The notes below the pieces were generated by a model, which saw nothing but the letters and a program-made list of their open reading frames with translations, was not told where the DNA came from and searched no databases. A program made the translations under genes and the position numbers. A DNA stretch of 32,000 nucleotides from Geotalea daltonii FRC-32 (lineage in GTDB: Bacteria; Desulfobacterota; Desulfuromonadia; Geobacterales; Geobacteraceae): NCBI RefSeq assembly GCF_000022265.1, contig NC_011979.1, positions 4,050,001 to 4,082,000 of the forward strand, read 5' to 3'. Positions 1-9,280 of the stretch are shown one piece after another (within the stretch, counting starts at the first letter, position 1; every line of letters starts with the position of its first letter).

Positions 1-332
<332 letters not shown>

Positions 333-413
333 TCAACAAAAAAGGACCGCTTTTACACGATCCCGATCGAAATTGCGATAAATATCAAGTTTCAGCTATG
401 ACTATGACAAGGT

Positions 414-1451
414 CTACTTCTGTAGTCGGATTGATGCTGCAGCCCCTCCGACAAAGGCTTCTGTCAATTCTCGTTCAAGACGGTAACCTTCGCCGTTGTA
501 CTTGGCGGAGAAATGAAACGGGGTCACCCTTGTCACGCCCGCCTGGCGGGCCAGGGAACCGGCCTGGGCTGCAGTCAGGTGGCATTTTACCCTGGCCCGG
601 TCAGCTTCCTCATTCAAGAAAGTGGATTCAATAAAAAGATAATCGGCATCATGGGCAAGAGTGACTATTTTCCCTGCATTGGCGGGGGAAAAGACCACGT
701 CTGTCACATAGGCAATCTTCTGTCCCGGCACCACCTGCAATACCTGGCCCTTCAGGTCGCCCAGCTTCATCTCACGCTCCTCGTAGCCTCCTGCCTTCTT
801 CCACGATGCCCGAATGATCGTATCATCCGGCTTTTCCTGCAGGACCGCCCGTTTCAAGTCGGCCAGCCACGGCCCCACTTCAAGGCCAAGATTTTCCAGG
901 CGATTTTTCATTACGTTTACGTGCTGCTTTTCCTCAAGACAGAAGGCGAGGCTGGTGGTCCTGTGATCGAGGCAGGCACAATGGATCGAGAAATTCTCCT
1001 CATCCAGCAACAGCCCATAGTCAACCATAAATGAGCGGCCGGCGCTCCTGTGGAAACCTTCACGGCAATGGAATTCGGCAGAGAGCGCAGAACCGTCCCC
1101 ATCCACTTCAACGGCAACAACGGTGAAATCAGTTGGATAATTCTCTACCAGGTTCCAGGTATATCCGGCCAGCCGATGTTCAATCTGCTCGACAAAGCCG
1201 GAGGGGCCATAAAGGCGGATTCTTTTGTCGCGCCCCAGACAGGTGCGGACCAGCTGATCAAAGCCGATAAAATGATCCACATGGGTGTGGGACACAAAGA
1301 TGTGGCTTACCCGCAGAAGCTTTCGCGCCGAGAGGTTTGACAGGTCGCCAAGGTCGAAGAGAATCGCTCGCCGCTCGAAGAGAAAATCAATGTAAAGTCC
1401 CGGATCATCAAATGGGTCATTAATGAGGAATGGATGAAACTGAGGGGTCAT
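414..1451 (-). CDS. MBL-fold metallo-hydrolase (RNase Z / ElaC-like family)
   Basis: A 345 aa ORF with the metallo-beta-lactamase metal motif HTHVDH (SHTHVDHFIGFDQL). GAGG lies about 8 nt upstream of the ATG. The specific substrate cannot be inferred. Confidence 0.75.
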   Translation of the reverse strand: MTPQFHPFLINDPFDDPGLYIDFLFERRAILFDLGDLSNLSARKLLRVSHIFVSHTHVDHFIGFDQLVRTCLGRDKRIRLYGPSGFVEQIEHRLAGYTWNLVENYPTDFTVVAVEVDGDGSALSAEFHCREGFHRSAGRSFMVDYGLLLDEENFSIHCACLDHRTTSLAFCLEEKQHVNVMKNRLENLGLEVGPWLADLKRAVLQEKPDDTIIRASWKKAGGYEEREMKLGDLKGQVLQVVPGQKIAYVTDVVFSPANAGKIVTLAHDADYLFIESTFLNEEADRARVKCHLTAAQAGSLARQAGVTRVTPFHFSAKYNGEGYRLERELTEAFVGGAAASIRLQK

Positions 1452-1555
1452 GTGGCGCCTCTGATGCAGTGATCTGTATTTATTCTACCGGCAAAGCAAT
1501 TACAGTCAAAATTGCCGGTTCCATCAATAGACACAGATGGCAAATGAGGTTGACG

Positions 1556-1584
1556 TTGACAGTGTACGATTGAACATTTAGAGT
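1556..1584 (+). promoter_or_regulatory. Candidate sigma70-type promoter for the MshEN-domain gene
   Basis: TTGACA (1556-1561), a 17 nt spacer, then TAGAGT (1579-1584), about 90 nt upstream of the ATG at 1674. This is a pattern match only. Confidence 0.3.
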
Positions 1585-1638
1585 AGTTTCCATCCGGAAA
1601 CCACTAGTTTCTCATCCGGAGTTTCCGGATGGAAACTA
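1584..1638. promoter_or_regulatory. 18-bp perfect inverted repeat (operator or cruciform candidate) in the divergent intergenic region
   Basis: TAGTTTCCATCCGGAAAC (1584-1601) is the exact reverse complement of GTTTCCGGATGGAAACTA (1621-1638). Each arm is itself a GTTTCC-N4-GGAAAC mini-hairpin. A third, degenerate copy (AGTTTCTCATCCGGAG) lies between the arms. The repeat sits immediately downstream of the candidate -10 box. Confidence 0.5.
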
Positions 1639-1673
1639 GAGTATGAAAAATTTGCAAGATGCTGGGGGATGTG

Positions 1674-2843
1674 ATGGCGCTTAAACTGGGTGAGATGCTG
1701 GTGGAATCGGGGATAATAACCCAGGCTGAACTTGATGAAACCCTGAAAAGCCAGGTTATTTTCGGCGGCAAGATCGGCACAAACCTCATCGAAATGGGTT
1801 ACATAGAGGAAGAGGAACTGGCCCAGTTTCTCAGCAAAAAGCTTGGCGTTCCCTGTGCCGGCAATGAGCAGTTGATCAACCTCCATCCCGGTGCATTAAA
1901 GCTCATTCCCAAAGAGATAGTAAGAAAATACCGGGTCGTACCCCTGGGGCTGGATAAGAAAAAGCTTTACGTGGCCATGGAGGATCCCTCCAATCTGGCC
2001 TCCATAGATGAAATCTCTTTTATGACAGGTTTTATCGTTATGCCTCTCATTGCAACGGAACTCAGCATTATTCTTGCCCTTGAGAAGCATTACGGGATCA
2101 AACGGGAAACGCGCTATATCACGGTTGCCAATGGTGGACGGCGACAAACAAGGGCTGCCAGGAGTGCAGGCGCCGACACAACAAACAAGGCCAAGGTGCC
2201 GGAGCCTCAAGCAGCAAAGCCTGCGGCCGTACTCCAGAAAGAAGAGGTTATCGAGCTACCCTTTCTTTCCGAGCTGAATGATTACGATTTCGCCCTTTCG
2301 CCATCCCCCACGCCTCCCGCTGTCTCCATAAGTATCGACAATGAGACCATCGAAAAATACACCATCGACACCTTTTCCATGGAACTAGCCGAGGCAGAGG
2401 ATCGGGATGCCATTGCCAATCTGATCGTCACCTTTGTCGGGCAGGAGTTTGACCGCGTAGCCCTTTTCATGGTCAAGGGCAACACAGCCAGCGGCTGGAA
2501 CACCCTTTCCCAAGGCAAGCCGATTGCCGGCTTCGAGGATTTCCAAATCCCCTTGAAAATGCAATCTGTGCTGCAGATCGTCGCCGAAGGGAAGAGCTTC
2601 TATCTCGGGCCTCTGGCAGACACTCCAGCCAACAGCACCATGCTGACAGCCATGGGTGGGGGAAAACCGGCCACCGCACTGCTGGTGCCGTTGGTGATGA
2701 TGGGCAGGGTCGTATCCATATTATATGTGGAAGGTGGAAAGGCCCCCCTGGGAGACCGGGTCGTCCACATGCAAAAAGTCATTGGCAAAGCCGCCATGGC
2801 CTTTGAGATTCTCATCCTCAAAAGCAAAATCCTCATGACCTGA
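1674..2843 (+). CDS. MshEN / T2SSE_N (GspE N-terminal) domain protein with a GAF-like C-terminal region and no ATPase domain
   Basis: The N-terminus, MALKLGEMLVESGIITQAELDETLKSQ, fits the published MshEN c-di-GMP-binding motif RLGxx(L/V/I)(L/V/I)xxG(L/V/I)(L/V/I)xxxxLxxxLxxQ, with R replaced by K. A second half-motif follows (KIGTNLIEMGYIEEEELAQFL). The start was moved from the track ATG at 1659 to the ATG at 1674, which has GGGGGA 4 nt upstream. Confidence 0.75.
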   Translation: MALKLGEMLVESGIITQAELDETLKSQVIFGGKIGTNLIEMGYIEEEELAQFLSKKLGVPCAGNEQLINLHPGALKLIPKEIVRKYRVVPLGLDKKKLYVAMEDPSNLASIDEISFMTGFIVMPLIATELSIILALEKHYGIKRETRYITVANGGRRQTRAARSAGADTTNKAKVPEPQAAKPAAVLQKEEVIELPFLSELNDYDFALSPSPTPPAVSISIDNETIEKYTIDTFSMELAEAEDRDAIANLIVTFVGQEFDRVALFMVKGNTASGWNTLSQGKPIAGFEDFQIPLKMQSVLQIVAEGKSFYLGPLADTPANSTMLTAMGGGKPATALLVPLVMMGRVVSILYVEGGKAPLGDRVVHMQKVIGKAAMAFEILILKSKILMT

Positions 2844-2892
2844 AAATGAAGAGAGTGATCCAGACTTTCACTTTTACTTGAAGCATACAAAA

Positions 2893-2935
2893 AAGGCCCA
2901 GCGCATTTAGAGCGAAGGGCCTTCTTTCTTTTTTT
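2893..2935. terminator. Bidirectional Rho-independent terminator between convergent genes
   Basis: The stem pairs AAGGCCC (2893-2899) with GGGCCTT (2917-2923). An A-run lies on the left and TTCTTTCTTTTTTT on the right. Confidence 0.6.
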
Positions 2936-2957
2936 AATTAACAGGGTCGATCAGCAG

Positions 2958-3257
2958 TCACTGCTCCTCTTCTTTGAACCACTTTTCGAACCAGCTCCGG
3001 TGGTCCTTCGACGCCAGTATCTGCAGGTCGTTGGGACCAAGCCATATGCCGCCGCAAGCCGGACATTTGTCGAGGGGTACACCGCGAAAAGTCATGGGTT
3101 CAATGGCCGCACTGCATTTTGGACAACGGTTTTTGCAATAGGTTCTTATGACCTCTTCGCGGGCTGTCTCCCTCATCTGCTCGATCTTCTTCTTTTCCTC
3201 ATTGTAAATATATTGATTTTCCAGTGCCTTTTCCCGCTCTTCCCATTTGCTGGTCAT
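2958..3257 (-). CDS. Small zinc-ribbon protein (TFIIB-type zinc-finger-like C-terminus)
   Basis: It has a CPKC...CPACGG four-Cys zinc ribbon followed by IWLGPNDL. The start was set at the internal ATG (MTSKWEE) because AAGGAGG lies 5 nt upstream. The track ORF extends to 3296. Confidence 0.65.
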   Translation of the reverse strand: MTSKWEEREKALENQYIYNEEKKKIEQMRETAREEVIRTYCKNRCPKCSAAIEPMTFRGVPLDKCPACGGIWLGPNDLQILASKDHRSWFEKWFKEEEQ

Positions 3258-3378
3258 AAAAACCTCCTTTGTCATTGCATTTGATGAACGGATCAATCGA
3301 TACCGTCAAACATTCCATATCCTCATTATAGCCCTGTTTATGCCTGCTGCAACTGTTGTAGCGGTGGAATCACAGGCC

Positions 3379-5004
3379 TCACAGAATGAAATCTGTGGAT
3401 AGAAAGTTCGATTTCCCTTCACGGACGATGTTACGGATGATCTCCTTGTTCTGATCTGAATCCCTTGCTGCAACCAGAGCTCGAATGGAAAAGGCGCGCA
3501 ACGCATCGGAAACGGAAAGGGTACCCACCGCCGAATCCTTGCGCCCGGTAAAGGGAAAGATGTCGGGTCCCCGTTGACACTGGCTGTTGATATTCACCCT
3601 TGAGACCTGGTTGACCAGCGGATCGATCAGGTTGGCCAATTCGGTTGTCTCATGGCCGAAAATACTCACCTGCTGTCCATATTCCGAAGCGGTTATGTAC
3701 TCAATGGGATCTGAGATATCGCTGAAAGGCAAAACTGGAATGACCGGACCAAACTGCTCCTCCGTGTAAATCCGCATTTGCGCAGTAACCGGATAGAGAA
3801 GGGCTGGATAAAAAAAAGTCTCTCTGACGCTTCCCCCTCCCTCGTTGGCAACACTGGCTCCATGGCGACGGGCATCGGCCACCAGCCCCGAAAGGTATTC
3901 CGGTTTGCCTGGCTCCGGCAATGGTGTTATTACCACCCCCGGCTCCCATGGCATGCCGTATGTTAATGCGGTTATGGCCTTGGCAAAACTGGTTACGAAC
4001 TTTTCGGCAATGGATTGATGAACAAAGATGATCTTTATGGCCGTACAGCGTTGGCCGTTAAAGGAAAGACTGCCCACCAGGCATTCCTCCACCGACATAT
4101 CCAGATCCGCGTCGGGTAGGATAATGGCAGGGTTCTTAGCCTCCAACCCCAGTACCGAGCGCAGCCGGTGCATTTTTGGATGTTCCTTCTGCAGGGCATC
4201 GGCAGCCTTGCTGGAACCGATAAAGGCCAGCACATCCACCTTGCCAGACGACATCAGCGGCGGAGTAATGGTCCTGCCGGCACCGAAGAGTGTGTTGACC
4301 ACCCCTGGAGGAAATGACTCGTGAAAAGCCCCGAGCAGCGGGGAAAACAACAGTATGCCGTGGCGCGGGGGTTTGAGCAGCACCGTATTACCCATGATCA
4401 GGGCCGGAATGAGGGTAGTGAACGTTTCGTTCAGGGGATAGTTGTAAGGTCCCATGCACAGGGTCACCCCCAAGGGCGAGCGACGGATCTGGCCGATGAT
4501 TCCCTGCTGCACGACGAATCGTGATGAAACCCGGTCCAGTTCCTTCAGGGCATCGATGGTATCGATAATGTAATCCACCGTCCGGTCGAATTCCTTTTCA
4601 GAATCCTTGAGAGATTTGCCGATCTCCCACATGAGCAGCCTGACCACCTCGCCCCTTTTTTCCTTCATGCGCCAGGCGAATTCCTGGATGCACTCGATTC
4701 GGGCGGCCACCGGCATGGTCGGCCATTTGCCCCGGCCGGAATCATAGGCCTCCACAGCTGCTGCAAGCGCGGCCAGTGCATCCCCCTCTGTCATGACCGG
4801 GAACCTGCCGATCATCTTGCGCGACAGATCAGTACCGTTCCGCACGCAGACCGGCGAAAAGACCTCCTGCATCGGCCCTTCCCACCTGCGGAGCTCACCG
4901 TTGAGCAGGAATCTGTTCATTTCCACCGGTTCAGACAGCCGGTAATTTACCGGGATTTCGGCCTCAGCAGGAAATAATCCAGTCATTCCCTCTTGCAAAC
5001 TCAT
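3379..5004 (-). CDS. Aldehyde dehydrogenase family protein (similar to GapN, non-phosphorylating GAPDH)
   Basis: The ALDH catalytic Cys lies in the context [10 protein letters not shown] and the catalytic Glu region is LGLEAKNP. The length is about 540 aa. The start was chosen at the ATG preceded by GGGAGG. The alternative ATG at 5031 has no RBS. Confidence 0.8.
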   Translation of the reverse strand: MSLQEGMTGLFPAEAEIPVNYRLSEPVEMNRFLLNGELRRWEGPMQEVFSPVCVRNGTDLSRKMIGRFPVMTEGDALAALAAAVEAYDSGRGKWPTMPVAARIECIQEFAWRMKEKRGEVVRLLMWEIGKSLKDSEKEFDRTVDYIIDTIDALKELDRVSSRFVVQQGIIGQIRRSPLGVTLCMGPYNYPLNETFTTLIPALIMGNTVLLKPPRHGILLFSPLLGAFHESFPPGVVNTLFGAGRTITPPLMSSGKVDVLAFIGSSKAADALQKEHPKMHRLRSVLGLEAKNPAIILPDADLDMSVEECLVGSLSFNGQRCTAIKIIFVHQSIAEKFVTSFAKAITALTYGMPWEPGVVITPLPEPGKPEYLSGLVADARRHGASVANEGGGSVRETFFYPALLYPVTAQMRIYTEEQFGPVIPVLPFSDISDPIEYITASEYGQQVSIFGHETTELANLIDPLVNQVSRVNINSQCQRGPDIFPFTGRKDSAVGTLSVSDALRAFSIRALVAARDSDQNKEIIRNIVREGKSNFLSTDFIL

Positions 5005-5061
5005 ATGACCTCCCAGACTCTGAATCACCATTTTTATGTAATCCGCGCCTTATCTTCAAAA

Positions 5062-7125
5062 TTATACCAGACCAAAACCTTTCTGGATCTCATCGTTTGC
5101 CACCTGGAAATGATCAAAATGCATGGTAAAACTCCCCACGCCCTTGGTGGCGCTACGCAACTCGGTCATGTAGCCGAACATCTCCGACAGGGGAACCCGG
5201 GCATGGATCACTTCGTTCTCCGACGCCCCCCCCAGTCCTTCGACCCGTCCACGCTTCTGCTGGATCTGCCCCAGAACTCGACCGGCATGTTCGGCAGGGG
5301 TAATGATCTCAAGGGCCATCACCGGCTCAAGGACAACAGGTGAAGCTTGTTGTGCCGCCAGAGTAAAACCGCGATGGGCAGCAGCCTTGATCCCCAGCTC
5401 GGTGGTGACACCCGGCTCGAAAGGAACCTCCATTACCTGAACTTCCAGATCGGCAAAGGGATATCCGGTTCGAACGCCTGATGCACAGACATGGCGCAGG
5501 CTTTCCTCAAGGGCAACACACATCTCTGGAGGTAATGGCAAGCCTTCCGGGGGCGAGATAATAATCCGCAGACCTTCTCCGCGCGGCAATGGGCGAAGGG
5601 ACAACAACACCTCCCCTTTCTGCAACCGCCCATTGATCTCCTGGCTGAATGTTTCCCGCCAAGTGACTGGCTGGCGAATGGTTTCCCGGTACATGACCCG
5701 CGGCGGGCCGGTCTTGACGGTGATGCCGTATTCCCGGTTCAGCCTGTCGGTGATTATCTCCAGATGGAGTTCTCCCATGCCGGTGAGAATGGTCTGACCG
5801 GTCTCCCCGTCCTCATGGACGCGAAAAGTGGGGTCTTCCCACTGAAGCTTCTCCAGTGCCCCGGGAAGCCGTTCCCGATCTTCGGCCCCTTTTGCCTCAA
5901 CCGCCACAGACACCACCGGCTCCGGGACGGCAAGACCATCGAGAATCAATCGATGGTTGAATTCGCAAAGGGTATCTCCGGTAAGTGTCTTTTTCATACC
6001 GGTTACGGCTACAATGTCGCCCGGAGCAGCCTCCGTGATCTGCTCCCGTTTGTGGGCGTGCATGTGAAAGAGACGATCAGCCCGCTCAAAAGCATCTCTG
6101 CTGCTATTGAAGATCGCTGAACCGTTACGCAGCGCGCCGGAATAAATACGTAGAAAGGTCAATCTGCGACCTTCTTCGGCAAGCACTTTAAAAGCAAAGG
6201 CAACCAGGGGAGACGCCGGGTCACAGGAAATGGTCACCGCATCCCCTCCCGCAGTCCGGCCTCTGACCGGCGGAACATCCGATGGAGAGGGAAGAAAATC
6301 GACCACTCCGTCAAGGAGAGGCTGAATGCCTTTGTTGCGCAAGGCAGCCCCACAAAATACCGGGCATATGCTGCAGGAGAGGGTCGCCGTTCTCAGGGCA
6401 GGAAGCAGTCGTTCTGCAGGAAGCTTTACCCCGGCGAGATAGTCGGCAAGAACAGCATCGTCAAAATCGGCAGCCGCTTCCACCAACAGATTACGGGCCG
6501 CTGTCGCCTCTTCCAAGGACTCCTGGGGAATCGGCAGCCGCTCCACAGTCATCCCCTGGTCAGCATCACTGAAAAGGACCAGTTCCTCTTTCAGGAGGTC
6601 TATCACCCCCAAGAAATCCGCTTCTTTGCCAACAGGAAGCTGCACCGGCACCACCCGAGCCTTGAGCCGGGATTCCATCGCCACAAGGACCGCCCTGAAG
6701 TCGGCACCGATGCGGTCCATCTTGTTGATGAAGCAGATGCGGGGAACCCGGTAGCGATCTGCCTGGCGCCATACGGATTCGGTCTGGGGCTGGACCCCTT
6801 CCACGGCGCTCAGGATGGCTATTCCCCCATCCAGCACGCGCATGCTTCGCTCCACCTCGATGGTAAAATCGATGTGCCCCGGCGTATCGATCAGGTTGAT
6901 GCGACAGTCCCGCCAGTAGCAGCTGCTGGCGGTGGCGGTGATGGTTATGCCTCGCTCCTGCTCCTGGGGCATCCAGTCCATGACCGCCTCGCCGTCGTGG
7001 ACCTCCCCCATCTTGTGAATCTCGCCGGTGTAATAGAGGATACGCTCGGAAACGGTGGTTTTTCCTGCATCGATATGGGAAATGATGCCGATGTTGCGGA
7101 TCAGGGCAAGTGGTGGGGTAGTCAT
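5062..7125 (-). CDS. fusA: Elongation factor G paralog (EF-G 2-type translational GTPase)
   Basis: A 687 aa ORF with the G1 motif [11 protein letters not shown]3 DTPGH, G4 NKMD and EF-G domains II-V. It is not next to rpsL, rpsG or tuf, so it is probably the second EF-G copy. Confidence 0.85.
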   Translation of the reverse strand: MTTPPLALIRNIGIISHIDAGKTTVSERILYYTGEIHKMGEVHDGEAVMDWMPQEQERGITITATASSCYWRDCRINLIDTPGHIDFTIEVERSMRVLDGGIAILSAVEGVQPQTESVWRQADRYRVPRICFINKMDRIGADFRAVLVAMESRLKARVVPVQLPVGKEADFLGVIDLLKEELVLFSDADQGMTVERLPIPQESLEEATAARNLLVEAAADFDDAVLADYLAGVKLPAERLLPALRTATLSCSICPVFCGAALRNKGIQPLLDGVVDFLPSPSDVPPVRGRTAGGDAVTISCDPASPLVAFAFKVLAEEGRRLTFLRIYSGALRNGSAIFNSSRDAFERADRLFHMHAHKREQITEAAPGDIVAVTGMKKTLTGDTLCEFNHRLILDGLAVPEPVVSVAVEAKGAEDRERLPGALEKLQWEDPTFRVHEDGETGQTILTGMGELHLEIITDRLNREYGITVKTGPPRVMYRETIRQPVTWRETFSQEINGRLQKGEVLLSLRPLPRGEGLRIIISPPEGLPLPPEMCVALEESLRHVCASGVRTGYPFADLEVQVMEVPFEPGVTTELGIKAAAHRGFTLAAQQASPVVLEPVMALEIITPAEHAGRVLGQIQQKRGRVEGLGGASENEVIHARVPLSEMFGYMTELRSATKGVGSFTMHFDHFQVANDEIQKGFGLV

Positions 7126-7257
7126 GACCAGTGCCTCGTGCGAAAGTTTCGTTGCGGTAGGAAAATAACCTGAAGATTATAACAGATATGCGGCAAAGGG
7201 CATGCAGGCAGGGTAACTTCTGGTCTTTATGGATGAGAGCTATAGGGGAGATTAAGG

Positions 7258-8421
7258 CTACCGGTCTTCTTCGATCCTGCCGCCAGGCAGGAGGCGAAAG
7301 AGGTGCCCACGCCAGCTGACCCGATTGCCGAGAAAGGAGAGTGCCCAGGTGGAAAAGGCGAAGAGATCCCGCAGGGGGAGTAGCCAGAGCCAGCGGGGAA
7401 AGATCCGGTCACCGACGAAGGAGCGGCTGTAGATGATGGCCACCAGGGAACGGCACCCGTACAGGATTGCGGCAGCTGCAAGGCCGGCGGCAGAAAAACC
7501 GGACAGGCAAAGGGCAATGAGTGCAGCGGGAAAAGGCTGGGTGATGCCGGAGGCAAAATAACCACCCGGGCGGCTGACCCGCATGGTGCGGGCCCAGCGC
7601 AGCTGGCGGGAGAGAATGTTCTTCATGGATTCACGGTGCAGGATGCTTTCGACGTAGTAGTCGGACAGCACCAGACGGTACCCGGCACGATGGATCTTGT
7701 TGCCCAGCTGGTAGTCGTCGGCCAGGTAATCCACCAGTGCTCGGAAACCGCCGATCTTTTCCAGCGCCTCACGTCTCACCGCCATGGAAGCGCCAAGGGC
7801 AAAGGAAAGCCCTTCCAGCCGGAGGGCCACCATCACATTCGGCACCATCTCGGAGGTAAAGCCCATGGCCTCGATGGCACTGGCAGCCCCCATAACGCCG
7901 GTCGTCCGGTACAGTGAGGTCACCAGTCCGACCTGCGGATCGCTGAATGAAGAGCATACTTCCTTGAGATAATTCTTTCCGACGCGAATGTCGCTGTCAC
8001 AGACAATGATGAGGTCATGCCTGGCTTTGGGAAAGGCATTGATCAGGTTGCAGACCTTGTAATTTGGGCCGTAGATCCGCTCGTCCACCACCAGCTCCAT
8101 GTCGACGGCAGGGAATTCGCTCATCAGCCTCTTGATCACCGGCACAACCGGGTCCGATGCTGAGGCAACTGCAAACACCATCTGAAAACAGGGGTAATCC
8201 TGGGTGCAAAAGGAGGCAAAAATGGCGAAACTCTCCGCATCCATCCCCTTGACAGGCTTGAGGATGGTCACCGACGGCAACGTTTTGGCAACCTCCTCCT
8301 TTTTCCGGTCAAAGTATGACCGGCCACACCAGAGGGAAAGCAGAACGTAAACCAGCGGTGGGGCGATGACAATAAATGGGAGAATGGCGAAAACCATCAG
8401 AAGCCCCTTAAGTAACAACAT
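7258..8421 (-). CDS. hpnI: Family-2 glycosyltransferase of the ceramide-glucosyltransferase / HpnI type
   Basis: It has an N-terminal TM segment, then TILKPVKGMD...FCTQDYP...CDSDIRV...LADDYQLG...QLRWARTMR. From memory, this is the pattern of HpnI-like glycosyltransferases. It sits in a hopanoid gene neighbourhood. The start is ambiguous: the ATG at 8397 has AAGGGG upstream. Confidence 0.55.
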   Translation of the reverse strand: MLLLKGLLMVFAILPFIVIAPPLVYVLLSLWCGRSYFDRKKEEVAKTLPSVTILKPVKGMDAESFAIFASFCTQDYPCFQMVFAVASASDPVVPVIKRLMSEFPAVDMELVVDERIYGPNYKVCNLINAFPKARHDLIIVCDSDIRVGKNYLKEVCSSFSDPQVGLVTSLYRTTGVMGAASAIEAMGFTSEMVPNVMVALRLEGLSFALGASMAVRREALEKIGGFRALVDYLADDYQLGNKIHRAGYRLVLSDYYVESILHRESMKNILSRQLRWARTMRVSRPGGYFASGITQPFPAALIALCLSGFSAAGLAAAAILYGCRSLVAIIYSRSFVGDRIFPRWLWLLPLRDLFAFSTWALSFLGNRVSWRGHLFRLLPGGRIEEDR

Positions 8422-8484
8422 TAGGGATAAATGAAATAATCGGCGACGGCACGGCCCATGGCATGACCGATGCCGGTAAGGTGC

Positions 8485-9039
8485 TCAAGAAACTTTTGCA
8501 GCCAGGACAACATAGGGTGCTGCCGATGAGCGGTTCACCTGCCTGCTGCACCAGGCACTGAAGGATCGCGGCAGGGATCTCGCCCAGTATTCTACGGCAG
8601 CCGCCTCTTCTCCGCCCCCGTCATGTCCCGGGTAGATAACCACGACAATGACCCCGCCGGATACAACTAGATACGAAGCCTGCTCAAGGGCGGCAAGAGT
8701 TGTGGCCGCTCTGGTGATGCAGCTTTTATCACTCCCGGGAAGGTATCCCAGGTTGAAGGCCACCGCCTGCACCGGGTCGGGCACATATGCCGCCAGCTCT
8801 TGATGGCCGGCATGAAACAGTTGAACCCGGTCAAGACACTTGTTTTCCTCCAGCAGCAGCCTGGTTTTCTCCAGCGCCTGCTCCTGAACGTCAAAGGCGA
8901 AGACAGCTCCCTCGGCCTCGACCAGTCCGGCGAGAAACAGCGTGTCGTGGCCATTGCCGCAGGTGGCATCCACCACCCGGTCGCCAGGTTTGACCCGCTC
9001 CCGCAAAAAGAGATGGCTCAGACCTACTGCATTTCCCAT
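8485..9039 (-). CDS. Class I SAM-dependent methyltransferase (YtqB/MnmM-like, 'putative rRNA methylase' family)
   Basis: The SAM-binding motif VVDATCGNGHDTLFLA is present, and the ORF is about 184 aa from the internal ATG (MGNAVGLSHLF). The 63 upstream codons of the track ORF (to 9228) do not look like coding sequence. Confidence 0.6.
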   Translation of the reverse strand: MGNAVGLSHLFLRERVKPGDRVVDATCGNGHDTLFLAGLVEAEGAVFAFDVQEQALEKTRLLLEENKCLDRVQLFHAGHQELAAYVPDPVQAVAFNLGYLPGSDKSCITRAATTLAALEQASYLVVSGGVIVVVIYPGHDGGGEEAAAVEYWARSLPRSFSAWCSRQVNRSSAAPYVVLAAKVS

Positions 9040-9280
9040 ATTATCGTTCAATCTAACCGCCTCTATCTGCCGCGGCTTCGTCCGTTCGGTCGGTCGCCAC
9101 AGCTGCGAACCGTGCAGGGTCTCTGCCTTCGAATCTAAAAAAAAAATTACCGGCTTCGAGAAAAGTTCCATATGCAAGGCTTGCGAGGACCGAGGCGGGA
9201 GGCGTACCGGAAGGTACGTTGAGCGCATCGGCCCGCAGCATAACGCAGCAGATGGACTTTTATCGGAGCCGTTATCCGCC

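Noticed and set aside
9060-9130. A possible GEMM-type (c-di-GMP) riboswitch upstream of the methyltransferase, because of an ACGGACGAAGCCGCGG segment.
   Set aside because: Only one short stretch loosely resembles the GGACGCAAAGCC-CCGG core. The GGGCAAACC/GNRA tetraloop hairpin and the overall two-hairpin layout are not present.
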